DNA of 64,000 bases, taken from assembly GCA_963676395.1 (NCBI GenBank), contig OY781066.1:1664001-1728000 (forward strand), given 5' to 3'. This DNA comes from a bacterium (GTDB lineage: Bacteria; Fidelibacterota; Fidelibacteria; Fidelibacterales; Fidelibacteraceae). Shown here in pieces: positions 28,451 to 38,354 of the stretch. Each line of letters opens with the position of its first letter. Within the stretch, counting starts at the first letter, position 1. Both the position numbers and the translations under genes were made by a program. The notes beneath the pieces are model-generated. The model did no database searches, was not told the DNA's origin, and worked only from the letters and a program-made list of their open reading frames with translations.

Positions 28451-31400
28451 ATGCAAGGAGCGGCAAAGCTTAAAGAACTGGCAAAAACACGAGTTTTAAT
28501 TTTAGATGGTGCCATGGGAACCGCCATACAACAGCGCGGACTGACGGCTGACGATTTTATTTATCCCGGTACTTCTACAAGGTTGCAGGGGTGTAACGAC
28601 CTGCTGACCTTGTCTCGCCCCGATGTGATCAAAGATATTCATTGCGATTATATTAAAGCCAATGCCGATATTATTGAAACCAATACTTTTGGCGCCAATG
28701 CCTTTTCATTAAAAGATTACGGTTTGGCCGATAAGGCCTACGAAATGAATGTTGCAGCAGCCAGACTAGCTAGAGAAGCTGCCGATTCCGTTGATCGTGA
28801 TATATTTGTTGCCGGCGATATCGGTCCCACCGGTCGCTCGGCTTCTTTTTCGCCTTCAGTCGATGATCCTGCATATCGCGAATCTAATTTTGCGGAGTTC
28901 CGTGAGATGTATCGCGAGCAGGTAAGTGGATTGATAGACGGTGGTGTGGATTTGCTTATTGTTGAGACCATTTTTGATACCTTGATCGCCAAGGCCGCAC
29001 TTACTGCCATTATGGATGAATTCGAAGCGCGCCAGATCGAGCTGCCTATCATGGTGTCGGCGACCTTTAGCGATAAATCGCGTCGTACTTTATCCGGACA
29101 GGAGTTGGAAGCTTTTATTACTTCCATGTCCAATTTTCCCATTTTTACTCTGGGTGTAAATTGCTCTACCGGCGCTGCTGAAATGGTACCGTTGATCAAG
29201 GATTTGGCTGACCTGTCGCCTTTTGGTACCTCGGCTCATCCCAATGCGGGTTTCCCCGATAGTGATGGAAATTATATTCAAACACCCGATGAGATTGCCG
29301 CTCAGCTGGAGCCGGTGCTGGATGCGGGTCTGCTGAATATTATTGGGGGTTGCTGTGGGACACGCCCCGAGCATATTGCCGCCATTGCCAAAATTTCTAA
29401 AGACAAGCCGCCTTTCAAGAAAGTAGCTTGCGAACCCGTGCTGAAGCTCAGTGGTTGGGAGACCTTGCGTATTCCCCGCGAGCATATGTTTATCACGGTC
29501 GGTGAGCGCGCCAATGTAGCCGGTTCCCGAAAATTCGCTCGTCTGATCAAAGAAGAAAAATTCGAAGAAGCCATTTTCGCCACGCGTAAGCAGATCGAAG
29601 AAGGGGCTCAAATTATTGATATTTGTATGGATGATGCGCTCATTGATGCACCCAAAGCCATGATCACATTTTTACGACTCATTGCCGCCGATCCCATAAC
29701 TGCGCGAGTCCCTGTGATGATCGATTCTTCCAACTGGGAGGTCATCGAAGCGGCACTGCCTGAAATTCAGGGTCGTAGTATTGTGAATTCTATTTCCCTC
29801 AAAGAGGGTGAAGAAGAGTTTCTGCGTCGTGCCAATTTTATTCACAATATGGGTGCCACCGCTATGGTCATGCTTTTTGATGAGAAAGGGCAGGCAGATA
29901 CCTTTGAACGAAAGATTGCTGTGGCCGAACGTGCGATGACCTTATTGGCGGAAAAAACAGCGATCACTCAGGAAAGCATTATTATTGATCCAAATATCCT
30001 TACTATTGCTACCGGTATTGACGAGCACGATACTTATGCTCGTGATTATATTCGCGCTATTGTCTGGATCAAAGAGCACTATCCCGATGCAAAGACTTCC
30101 GGTGGTTTGAGTAACCTCTCCTTTTCTTTCCGTGGTAATAATCCCTTGCGAAAAGCTATGCATGCTATTTTTCTGGAATTGGCGGTGGAGGCCGGACTGG
30201 ATATGGCCATCGTGAATCCCGCTGCCGAGATGTCTACCACTCTTATTCCCAAGTATGCAACAAGCATTATTCGCGAAGCGTTGTTGCTGGAAAAGGGTGA
30301 TGGTTCCAAAGCACGACAAGATCTCATTGAACTCGCTATGAGTGGCTCGCTCAAAGAAGAAGCCGGGAGCAAGAAGCCTGAATTGGAAAGTCAAAAGTGG
30401 CGAAAGTTCGATGTGATGGAGCGTTTATCCGAAGCATTGGTTCGCGGTGATGATGCCTATCTCGAAGCTGATCTTCAAGAAGCCGGGTTTGAGCATGCCA
30501 TGAAACTTATCGAAGGTCCGCTTATGGGTGGCATGGGTAAATTGGGTGAACTCTTCGGTGAAGGAAAGGTCTTTCTTCCGCAAGTGGTACGCTCTGCACG
30601 TATTATGAAAAAAGCCGTGGATATATTAAAGCCTTACCTAAGTGGATTGGATGATGATGTTGCCAATGCCCGAGGTACAGTTGTGATGGCTACCGTAAAA
30701 GGTGACGTGCACGATATCGGAAAGAATATTGTTTCACTGGTACTGCAATGTAATCATTTTAATGTTATTGATCTGGGCGTCATGGTTCCGCCCGAAAATA
30801 TATTTGCCGCTGCAGTTGAGCACAAGGCTGATATGGTCGGTTTGTCCGGACTTATCACACCCTCGTTGCAGGAAATGGGTGAGGTTTGTCGTCAATTCAA
30901 CGAAGCCGATTTGGATATCCCCATTATGATCGGAGGTGCCACTACCTCCGAAGCGCATACTGCCACGCGACTTGCCCCCTTGTATCCGGGACGAGTGATC
31001 TATACGTCAGATGCATCGGATTCCGTAAAAGTGGCCTTACAATTGGCAGGCAAGAATGCGAAAGCTTACAAGGAAAGAGTACAGAAAGAGTATTATTCCT
31101 TAGAAAGCAAAAGCGAAAAACCGGGTGGAAAACAGAAACCGGAATTACTTTCTCTCAAAGAGGCCCGTGCCAAAAAATATCGGAAAGCCAAGACTTCCTG
31201 CGTTTCGGCATTCTTGGGAAAAAAGGTATTAAAAGAACTGCCGCTGGATGAATTGATCTCGCGTATCAACTGGAAAATGTTTGCATTGGCCTGGCAATTA
31301 AAACCAAATAGCGATGAAGCTATCAGAGTGAAACGCGATGCTGAAGAGCTGCTTGCATTACCCGAAGTACGCAAGATGTATCAGGAGTCGATTTCGGCCG

Positions 31401-32029
31401 TGCTGGGATTTTTTAAAGTTAAAGCTCATGGAGATGATCTGCAGGTGCTTGATGAAAACGGCCAAGAACTGACACGTTTTTACTTTCTGCGGCAGCAGGA
31501 AGCAAAGTATAAAAAGCAAACACTATCGCTCAGTGATTATACCTATCAAGAAGGTGATACCATTGGCATATTTGTTGCAACGGCCGGTGCCAAAGTTGCG
31601 GAACTCAGCGATGTATATCGCAAAGAAGGTGATGAATATCATGCGTTGATGATCAACTTTTTGGGTGACCGTTTTGCTGAAGCAACAAGTGAATTTCTGC
31701 AAGATCAGGTGGAAACAGTGTGGTGGAAACAGGATGAACATAGAATTATTCGCCCTTCAAACGGATACCCGTCGGCACCCGATCATAGTGAAAAATTGCA
31801 AATATTCAAGTTGCTTGATGCCGAAAAAGAGCTGGGTGTTACTCTTACCGAAAGTTATAATATGAAACCTTTGTCTTCAGTTTGCGGTTATTATTTTGCC
31901 GATGCCGATCCCCATTATTTTACGCTTGGCACACTCTCTCGCGTGCAGCTTGAAGATTATGCAAAGCGTAAGGGCATGGATGTTGAGACCATATTGAAAT
32001 ATTATGCGGGTAAGACAACTGAAAAATGA
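28451..32029 (+). CDS. metH: Cobalamin-dependent methionine synthase
   Basis: LDGAMGT, GGCCGT, GERANVAGS, DVHDIGKN, SGLITPS, GYPSAPDH. Confidence 0.96.
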   Translation: MQGAAKLKELAKTRVLILDGAMGTAIQQRGLTADDFIYPGTSTRLQGCNDLLTLSRPDVIKDIHCDYIKANADIIETNTFGANAFSLKDYGLADKAYEMNVAAARLAREAADSVDRDIFVAGDIGPTGRSASFSPSVDDPAYRESNFAEFREMYREQVSGLIDGGVDLLIVETIFDTLIAKAALTAIMDEFEARQIELPIMVSATFSDKSRRTLSGQELEAFITSMSNFPIFTLGVNCSTGAAEMVPLIKDLADLSPFGTSAHPNAGFPDSDGNYIQTPDEIAAQLEPVLDAGLLNIIGGCCGTRPEHIAAIAKISKDKPPFKKVACEPVLKLSGWETLRIPREHMFITVGERANVAGSRKFARLIKEEKFEEAIFATRKQIEEGAQIIDICMDDALIDAPKAMITFLRLIAADPITARVPVMIDSSNWEVIEAALPEIQGRSIVNSISLKEGEEEFLRRANFIHNMGATAMVMLFDEKGQADTFERKIAVAERAMTLLAEKTAITQESIIIDPNILTIATGIDEHDTYARDYIRAIVWIKEHYPDAKTSGGLSNLSFSFRGNNPLRKAMHAIFLELAVEAGLDMAIVNPAAEMSTTLIPKYATSIIREALLLEKGDGSKARQDLIELAMSGSLKEEAGSKKPELESQKWRKFDVMERLSEALVRGDDAYLEADLQEAGFEHAMKLIEGPLMGGMGKLGELFGEGKVFLPQVVRSARIMKKAVDILKPYLSGLDDDVANARGTVVMATVKGDVHDIGKNIVSLVLQCNHFNVIDLGVMVPPENIFAAAVEHKADMVGLSGLITPSLQEMGEVCRQFNEADLDIPIMIGGATTSEAHTATRLAPLYPGRVIYTSDASDSVKVALQLAGKNAKAYKERVQKEYYSLESKSEKPGGKQKPELLSLKEARAKKYRKAKTSCVSAFLGKKVLKELPLDELISRINWKMFALAWQLKPNSDEAIRVKRDAEELLALPEVRKMYQESISAVLGFFKVKAHGDDLQVLDENGQELTRFYFLRQQEAKYKKQTLSLSDYTYQEGDTIGIFVATAGAKVAELSDVYRKEGDEYHALMINFLGDRFAEATSEFLQDQVETVWWKQDEHRIIRPSNGYPSAPDHSEKLQIFKLLDAEKELGVTLTESYNMKPLSSVCGYYFADADPHYFTLGTLSRVQLEDYAKRKGMDVETILKYYAGKTTEK

Positions 32030-32044
32030 TATATTTACAATGTT

Positions 32045-32069
32045 AGGAACGGATTGAACCGTTCCCTAT
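32045..32069. repeat. REP-like palindrome related to 17585-17653
   Basis: GGAACGG-ATTGAA-CCGTTCC-CTAT. Confidence 0.6.
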
Positions 32070-32093
32070 GCGATAAACGATATAGGAAGCAAT

Positions 32094-33047
32094 ATGAAAG
32101 TCACAGAAATCATAAGCAAAGCAAACAAACCTCTTTTTACCTTTGAGCTCTTACCGCCGCTTAAAGGTCACACGATGGACGCTATTAATGCAGCCATCGA
32201 GGCGATGTTGCCTTATGATCCGGCTTACATTAATATTACTTCGCATCAGGAAGAGGTGGTGTACCTGGAACGTGAAGATGGTCTGTTGGAACGTCGTACG
32301 GTTCGTAAACGACCGGGCACAGTGCCAATGTCTGCTGCAACTCAATACAAGTATAATATTCCCGTGATCCCGCATCTTATTTGCGGTGGCAAGAATCGCG
32401 ATCAGATCGAAGATCAGCTTATCGACCTGAATTTTTTGGGTATTGATAATATTTTTGCTTTACGTGGAGATCCCGCTAAAGGCGAACGTCGTTTTGTTGC
32501 CAGCAAAGATGGGTACGAACATACCGATGGACTGGTGGCTCAGATCGCAGCCGCCAATCGAGGTGAATATCTGGATCCCACTATGAAAGATCCCCAACCG
32601 GCGGATTTTTGTATTGGTGTGGCCGGTTATCCGGAAAAACATTTCGAGGCACCCAATTTAGAGCATGATATCCAGATGCTTAAGAAAAAAGTTGACGCCG
32701 GTGCCCATTACATTGTAACGCAAATGTTTTTCGTCAATGATCATTTTTTCTCATTTGTCGATAAATGCCGTGAAGCCGGCATTACCGTTCCCATTATTCC
32801 CGGTATTAAGCCCATTCGTAGACGTAAAGATATGGAATTCCTACCTCAGGTTTTTCATATTGATCTGCCGGGTGATCTGGTTAAAGATGTTGATAATGCC
32901 AAGAATATCGCCGAGATCAAAGATATTGGCATTGAATTTTGTAAAGATCAGGTTCGTGGATTATTAAAAGGCGGTGTTCCCGGTGTACATTTCTACAGCG
33001 AAGGCAGAGCAGAGCAGATCACCAAAGTGATCGAGGCTACGTTTTAA
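32094..33047 (+). CDS. metF: 5,10-methylenetetrahydrofolate reductase
   Basis: FELLPP, PHLICGG, ALRGD, VAGYPEKH, KVDAGA, VTQMFF, GVHFY. Confidence 0.95.
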   Translation: MKVTEIISKANKPLFTFELLPPLKGHTMDAINAAIEAMLPYDPAYINITSHQEEVVYLEREDGLLERRTVRKRPGTVPMSAATQYKYNIPVIPHLICGGKNRDQIEDQLIDLNFLGIDNIFALRGDPAKGERRFVASKDGYEHTDGLVAQIAAANRGEYLDPTMKDPQPADFCIGVAGYPEKHFEAPNLEHDIQMLKKKVDAGAHYIVTQMFFVNDHFFSFVDKCREAGITVPIIPGIKPIRRRKDMEFLPQVFHIDLPGDLVKDVDNAKNIAEIKDIGIEFCKDQVRGLLKGGVPGVHFYSEGRAEQITKVIEATF

Positions 33048-33057
33048 TGAAATCAAT

Positions 33058-33087
33058 GTAAGGGCACAAAACCTTGTGCCTTTTTTT
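33058..33087 (+). terminator. Intrinsic terminator after metF
   Basis: GGCACAA-AACC-TTGTGCC followed by T7. Confidence 0.75.
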
Positions 33088-33254
33088 ATATGCGTTCGAT
33101 ATTACAATTTCCGGTGGTATTATTTATTGGTTTATAATAATTAGGTTACCAGATTGCATGCAGGTTTGTGTATTTTTATCAATCTTTACCATCAAATTAT
33201 CATATTCCATCTTATCTCTTTTATTTTATCCCCTTATTAATTAAATTTCTGCCA

Positions 33255-34073
33255 ATGGCTAAAAAAAGCGACAGGATCAGGCTGCTGATCAACGAAACAA
33301 AAGGTCCCGGTATCAAACGGAAGAAACGGGAAAAGCCATTTCGTTCTTTTGTGATTTTTGTGATCATTTTTGGAATTTTCTGTGCTTTGGCCGCTGTGCT
33401 GATGAATTTTGTTGTTTTACCTAAATTTACCCGCCAGGGGCAGGAAAGAATTTTACTGAATGTTGAAGGCTTGACTTGGGAAGAAGCCCGACATCTTCTT
33501 GAACTGGAAAAATTCACTCCGGTTCGCGGTAAATCCATTCCCAAGGATGATATGGAGCCATTCCGTGTGATCGCTCAACAGCCACGTCCCGGTACACGCG
33601 TAAAGCTTAACCGTCGCGTTTATCTTGATATTGCCATTCCGCTTGAAAATGTCGTATTCCCGGATTTGCGAGGTAAAACTCTACGATCTGTAGAAATTTT
33701 ATTGCAGGAAAATAACTTAGCCATTGATTCCGTTTCTTATGGTTTTTCGGATATGCCGCGTGAAGTGATCTATTGGCAATCTATTGATCCGGGAAAATCT
33801 GTGCGACCCGGGTCGGGTGTGCATGTGAAGATCTCGCTTGGTTTGAACAACTGGGAGGTTCCAAATTTGATCAATATGAGTTTGGTTGATGCCCATAAGG
33901 CCATTAATGATGCCGGATTACGCATCGGAACGGTATCTTACCGCGATAGAAATGATCTCCTACCCAACACGGTGATCTATCAATCTGTTCCCGGTACCAC
34001 GGTTTTGAGTATCCCTCAGCCAATTGATCTGGTTGTATCCCGATATAATTCAGAACTTGAATCTAACGAATAA
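33255..34073 (+). CDS. PASTA-domain membrane protein (3 repeats)
   Basis: Start MAKK; one TM; repeats with P.L.G and V..Q...PG patterns. Confidence 0.85.
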   Translation: MAKKSDRIRLLINETKGPGIKRKKREKPFRSFVIFVIIFGIFCALAAVLMNFVVLPKFTRQGQERILLNVEGLTWEEARHLLELEKFTPVRGKSIPKDDMEPFRVIAQQPRPGTRVKLNRRVYLDIAIPLENVVFPDLRGKTLRSVEILLQENNLAIDSVSYGFSDMPREVIYWQSIDPGKSVRPGSGVHVKISLGLNNWEVPNLINMSLVDAHKAINDAGLRIGTVSYRDRNDLLPNTVIYQSVPGTTVLSIPQPIDLVVSRYNSELESNE

Positions 34074-34669
34074 TGCTTAGTCAACTTGAACTTCGAAGAC
34101 AGATTATTCATGCCGCTACGGCTATTATTCCACTATTGTATTGGTTTTTTCCCGATATTGGTCCCTTAAGCGGTCGGCAGATCGTGTTGATATTATTTGC
34201 GATCTTTGGTGGACTATTTATTTTTGCCGATTATTATCGCAGACGAAATGAAACCGTTAAAAAAGCTTTTCTTTTCCTGGTTTCGCCCTTTATTCGTAAG
34301 GTTGAAGAAGAAAAAATGACGAATGCTTCACATATTGGGATTACATTTTTTCTTGTACTGCTTATTTTTCCCAAGAATATTTCCGTACCGGCATGTATGC
34401 TGCTCAGCGTAGCGGATTCAGCTTCCGGGATCGTGGGACGATTGTGGGGAAAACACACTTGGTTTAAGAATTATACCTATGCAGGAAGCTTGGCGTTTAT
34501 TATTGCCGGTCTTCTACTCTATTATTTTGCCTTTCCATACATCATATTCTGGAAAGCTGCTTTGGTTGTTGCAATGTGCGCGCTTTTTGAAGGTCTGCTC
34601 TCGCATCTAGACGATAATGTCGTGATTCCAATCGCAGCCGCCATGATGCTGATGATGTTGGAAGTTTGA
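34073..34669 (+). CDS. Polyprenol/dolichol/phytol kinase-like (CTP_transf_1) membrane protein
   Basis: ELRRQIIH, ADSASGIVGRLWG, GSLAF, DDNVVIP. Confidence 0.8.
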   Translation: MLSQLELRRQIIHAATAIIPLLYWFFPDIGPLSGRQIVLILFAIFGGLFIFADYYRRRNETVKKAFLFLVSPFIRKVEEEKMTNASHIGITFFLVLLIFPKNISVPACMLLSVADSASGIVGRLWGKHTWFKNYTYAGSLAFIIAGLLLYYFAFPYIIFWKAALVVAMCALFEGLLSHLDDNVVIPIAAAMMLMMLEV

Positions 34670-34730
34670 AGATTGTGAAGAGGAAATAGTAAGATATTAC
34701 GTAGATGAAACATTAATTTTATGATCGACG

Positions 34731-34904
34731 GGAGTCGAAAATAAAAATACATTACGATTGAGTGTCCGGGACAAAAGTATTAAGCTTACAAAAGACATTT
34801 ACACCATTATCAAAAAAAATCCCGATTACGAAAAATATGACTCATGCCCGCAAGTGCAACGTACTCCAGTTTTTGAGCTGGAAACAGACTTGGAATCAAA
34901 ATAA
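34731..34904 (+). pseudogene. Decayed, internally deleted four-helix-bundle gene
   Basis: LRLSVRDKSIKLTKDIYTIIKKNPDYEKYDSCPQVQRTPV/FELETDLE matches the family pattern L.VW.KS..L..DIY..T..FP..EKYGL.SQ.RR...ELETQL; no start codon. Confidence 0.65.
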
Positions 34905-34924
34905 AAATATTAGATTACTCGTCA

Positions 34925-35968
34925 CTATTTAATCAATCTTTTTATATACCTACTCATTACCTCGGCCATCCGCATTGCGCCTACATCGGTCAAATGGATG
35001 CCATCAACGGTGCCTTCTACAGCGACATGTCTGATCTTATCAAAAGGGATCATGTGTAGATTTTTGTGATCTTTTTTGAGTCGTTTATAAATGTCCACGA
35101 GTTCATCGTTTTCTGCAACGCAGGCATTATAAACTTCAGGGTCAAACCAACCGTCTTCCGACATGATATTGGGTGTTACCAATACGGGTGTGTTGGGATG
35201 TGCTTCAAGCAGTTTTTTTAATTCACGTTCGGTACGTTCTTTGATCATTTCCAGATCCATGTTGGGGAAACAATCGAAAATATAACAGTCAACATCTACA
35301 CTTGCGATGTAATCAATAATCTCCGGATCCATGCGGCCGTTGCCGGAAAAACCAAGATTAATATTTTCACGACCAAGTTTGCGACCAATGATGGCAGGAT
35401 ATGCCATGCCGGGACGAGATACGCAACCGCCTTGGGTAATGCTGGTACCATAAAAAAGGATAGGCTTTTCTTTGCGCTCAACTTTGGTAAGCGTGGCTTC
35501 GGGGTCAAGTCCGATCTCAAGTGAAACCAAGCCATCATAAAGCGGACAATATAACATAAATTCTTTTTCATCACTATTGAGGTTCTTGATCAAGCGACGT
35601 TGATTTTCTTTTTTATACGGCTTGCCGGTTCCCAAAAAGAACCATTTACCGTTTTCTTTTACATATAAATCCAGTCCGCGAATACCTGTGCCGGGCATAT
35701 GGCACATATGAAAATCGTTCAAAACCTCCCATTTTACGTGGATTTCACTGGAATTACTTCTAAAGTGTGCAGCGATCCCCGCTGAATTTTGGGCTAGTTC
35801 CCATACGGGTTTACGCACCAGATCTTTAGCTCCTTCGGGAAGACGCGTGTATGTTTTTGCATCATCAAAGGCCATACCTTCAAGAAATGCTTTTGCATCA
35901 TGAAAAACAGGGTCAATAGCGAATAGTGTAACAACACACACACATAATAGAACAACGATCTTGCGCAT
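34925..35968 (-). CDS. Secreted SGNH/GDSL hydrolase with N-terminal GxDLY domain
   Basis: Signal peptide, GLDLY, YGTSITQG, NLGFSGNG, DGIH. Confidence 0.88.
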   Translation of the reverse strand: MRKIVVLLCVCVVTLFAIDPVFHDAKAFLEGMAFDDAKTYTRLPEGAKDLVRKPVWELAQNSAGIAAHFRSNSSEIHVKWEVLNDFHMCHMPGTGIRGLDLYVKENGKWFFLGTGKPYKKENQRRLIKNLNSDEKEFMLYCPLYDGLVSLEIGLDPEATLTKVERKEKPILFYGTSITQGGCVSRPGMAYPAIIGRKLGRENINLGFSGNGRMDPEIIDYIASVDVDCYIFDCFPNMDLEMIKERTERELKKLLEAHPNTPVLVTPNIMSEDGWFDPEVYNACVAENDELVDIYKRLKKDHKNLHMIPFDKIRHVAVEGTVDGIHLTDVGAMRMAEVMSRYIKRLIK

Positions 35969-36286
35969 AATATCCTCAATGGTTATATATTTTAAATTGA
36001 TTCCATAAATCCGGTGTAATTTAATGGAAAATATGAAATAAGTAAAGCTGATTTATAAGGGCATCATACAAAGCTGTAAAGTTGTACATTGCTTATAAAA
36101 TGAAACTTAATTGGATGTAATCGTTCTGCTTATTATTTTTACAAAATTACATATGCACACAATAAACACTAAGAAGCGGGGAACACAGTTTTATTAAAAA
36201 AATATAAGATTTTGTGTGCTTTATCTGTTTAATGTTTTGATGTGGTACATAGTGGCTTTTTGTGAGGTATTGAACTCAATTTTCAA

Positions 36287-36315
36287 TTGTTAATGATTCT
36301 AAAAACCCCTAAATT
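36287..36315 (+). promoter_or_regulatory. Sigma70-like promoter, possibly leaderless
   Basis: TTGTTA-17 bp-TAAATT, 6 nt before the ATG, no SD. Confidence 0.45.
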
Positions 36316-36321
36316 TATAAG

Positions 36322-37821
36322 ATGAATAAGTCTAGACAATACATCCTCGTACTTTTTCTGTTATTGCTTTCCGTGCCTCTGTTTGCGCAAGTTGTTCCCT
36401 TTAGTCTGACACTGGGATCGGAAACTAAAAACGTGTTTGCTTCGGATCTTTACGGAGCCCGCTGGGTATCGTTGAACAGTTTTTTTCGTTCATTTGGTGT
36501 GGTTGAAAAAATGGATACCGAAAATTGGGAGCTAAGAACGACTTTATCAGGCAAGACGTACAAGTTTTATGCCAATTCATCCTTTTATCAGGTGAATGGT
36601 AAGTGGTTTCATCTGGCAACCACGGTGGAGCGCTTGGGTAATGGTTTGTACATTCCAGAGAAAGAATTTATTTTGGTACTACATCGGGAGGCCTTTCCCG
36701 AAATGGTTAAGGATATTGTATCCGGCGCTTATATTCTTGCGCCGACCGAATTTTCTATCACTGGGATGAATATTCTTGAAATGAAGAACGGAACCATCGT
36801 TCGTCTCAAAACCTCAAAATTCTTTAGAAAAGATCATTGCCGCGTATGGCAGGGAGCTAATCAGTATCTCTATATTTCTATTTACGATGCTACTGCCGAT
36901 ATGAATGGTTTGGCAAGAACATTTGATCATGGTGTTATACGTGAGATCGTGCCGGTGCAGGCGAAAGAAATGTTGCAATTCAATATGAAATTGCGCATGA
37001 GGATCAAAAGCATGGATTATTATATTGACCAGAATAACGGCGATATTGTAATCTCTTTGCGTCATGATTATCAAAAAAATCAAACCCCCATTAATGAAAC
37101 TCAGATCAAAAACCGCTGGTTGATCGATACCATTGTGATCGATCCCGGTCACGGTGGTCGAAAATCTCCCGGTGCCATCGGCCCGGATGGTACTTTGGAA
37201 AAAACCATTGCTTTGGATGTTTCTCGACGTCTTGGTTCAATGCTGGAGGATAAATTGGGTGTTAAGGTTATTTACACACGTGAAAACGATGTGTTTATTC
37301 CTCTTTATCAACGTCCAAAGATCGCCAATGAAGCGGGTGGAAAATTGTTTATATCCATTCACTGTAATTCTTCGACTTCATCTTCTCCCTACGGTACCGA
37401 AACCTATATTTTAGCACCAAAAAGCACAGAAAAATCCATTGAAATCGCGGCACGCGAAAACAAGGTGATCGAGCTTGAGGAAGATAGAGAACGATATGAA
37501 AAAATGCTGAGTTCTGAACAGTATATTCTTTCTACTATGGCTCAGTCTGTATATATGAAAGAAAGTGAGATGCTGGCGCAATCGATCGAAACAAAGTTTA
37601 AAGGACGTTTGGGTGCAAAAAGTCGTGGTGTTAAACAGGCTTCGTTTATTGTTTTGATAGGTCCGGCAATGCCTGCAGTGTTAACAGAGATCGGATTTAT
37701 TTCTAACTGGCGTGAATTGAGTAATCTTAAAAAAGATTCCTATCGCCAGGAAGTGGCATATTCCTTGTATCAAGCGATAAGAGATTTTAAGAATAATTTC
37801 GAGAAAGAAATAAAAGAGTAA
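36322..37821 (+). CDS. N-acetylmuramoyl-L-alanine amidase (Amidase_3, AmiA/B/C-like)
   Basis: Signal peptide, IDPGHGG, EK, SIHCN, GTETY, ENKV, PAVLTEIGFISN. Confidence 0.93.
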   Translation: MNKSRQYILVLFLLLLSVPLFAQVVPFSLTLGSETKNVFASDLYGARWVSLNSFFRSFGVVEKMDTENWELRTTLSGKTYKFYANSSFYQVNGKWFHLATTVERLGNGLYIPEKEFILVLHREAFPEMVKDIVSGAYILAPTEFSITGMNILEMKNGTIVRLKTSKFFRKDHCRVWQGANQYLYISIYDATADMNGLARTFDHGVIREIVPVQAKEMLQFNMKLRMRIKSMDYYIDQNNGDIVISLRHDYQKNQTPINETQIKNRWLIDTIVIDPGHGGRKSPGAIGPDGTLEKTIALDVSRRLGSMLEDKLGVKVIYTRENDVFIPLYQRPKIANEAGGKLFISIHCNSSTSSSPYGTETYILAPKSTEKSIEIAARENKVIELEEDRERYEKMLSSEQYILSTMAQSVYMKESEMLAQSIETKFKGRLGAKSRGVKQASFIVLIGPAMPAVLTEIGFISNWRELSNLKKDSYRQEVAYSLYQAIRDFKNNFEKEIKE

Positions 37822-37851
37822 GCAAACAGCGTACAGCTGATAGTAGGCAGC
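37817..37851 (+). repeat. Degenerate heptamer array (NNNNAGC) x5 upstream of the four-helix-bundle gene
   Basis: AGTAAGC AAACAGC GTACAGC TGATAGT AGGCAGC. Confidence 0.65.
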
Positions 37852-37875
37852 AAATGCAAGTCATGGGGGTGACGG

Positions 37876-38235
37876 ATGCGTGATTTTAAGAAATATGATA
37901 TTTGGCATAAAAGTCATAATTTTGCAATGAAAGTATATTGTGAAACAAAGCTTTTTCCTAAAGATGAGACCTATGGATTAAGGAGCCAATTAAGAAGGGC
38001 GGCAACATCAATACCTACTAATATTGTAGAAGGTGCCGGTCGAGATGGCGACAAGCAGTTTGCACGATTTGTCGATATCGCTATGGCATCGGCATGTGAA
38101 TGCGAGTATTTACTTATATTGATACAAGAGTTAAACTATATTTCTGATAAAAATTATAGAGACCTTGAAAAGAAAGTCGTTGAAATCAAGAAAATGCTTG
38201 CAACTTTATATAAAAGATTGAAACTTGATAGCTGA
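37876..38235 (+). CDS. Four helix bundle protein (23S rRNA IVP-like family)
   Basis: DFKKYDIWHKS, FPKDETYGLRSQLRRAATSIPTNIVEGAGR, IAMASACECEY. Confidence 0.93.
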   Translation: MRDFKKYDIWHKSHNFAMKVYCETKLFPKDETYGLRSQLRRAATSIPTNIVEGAGRDGDKQFARFVDIAMASACECEYLLILIQELNYISDKNYRDLEKKVVEIKKMLATLYKRLKLDS

Positions 38236-38323
38236 TAGCTGATAGCTGATAGCTGATAGCTGATAGCTGATAGCTGATAGCTGATAGCTGATAGCTGATA
38301 GCTGATAGCTGATAGCTGATAGC
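38226..38323 (+). repeat. Perfect heptamer tandem repeat (TGATAGC) x14
   Basis: 98 bp; contains the last codons and the TGA stop of the four-helix-bundle gene. Confidence 0.97.
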
Positions 38324-38354
38324 TGACATAAACATAACCCGAAAGTATACTACA

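Noticed and set aside
37876..38235. Diversity-generating retroelement or rRNA intervening sequence
   Set aside because: No reverse transcriptase, TR/VR pair or rRNA gene in the window.
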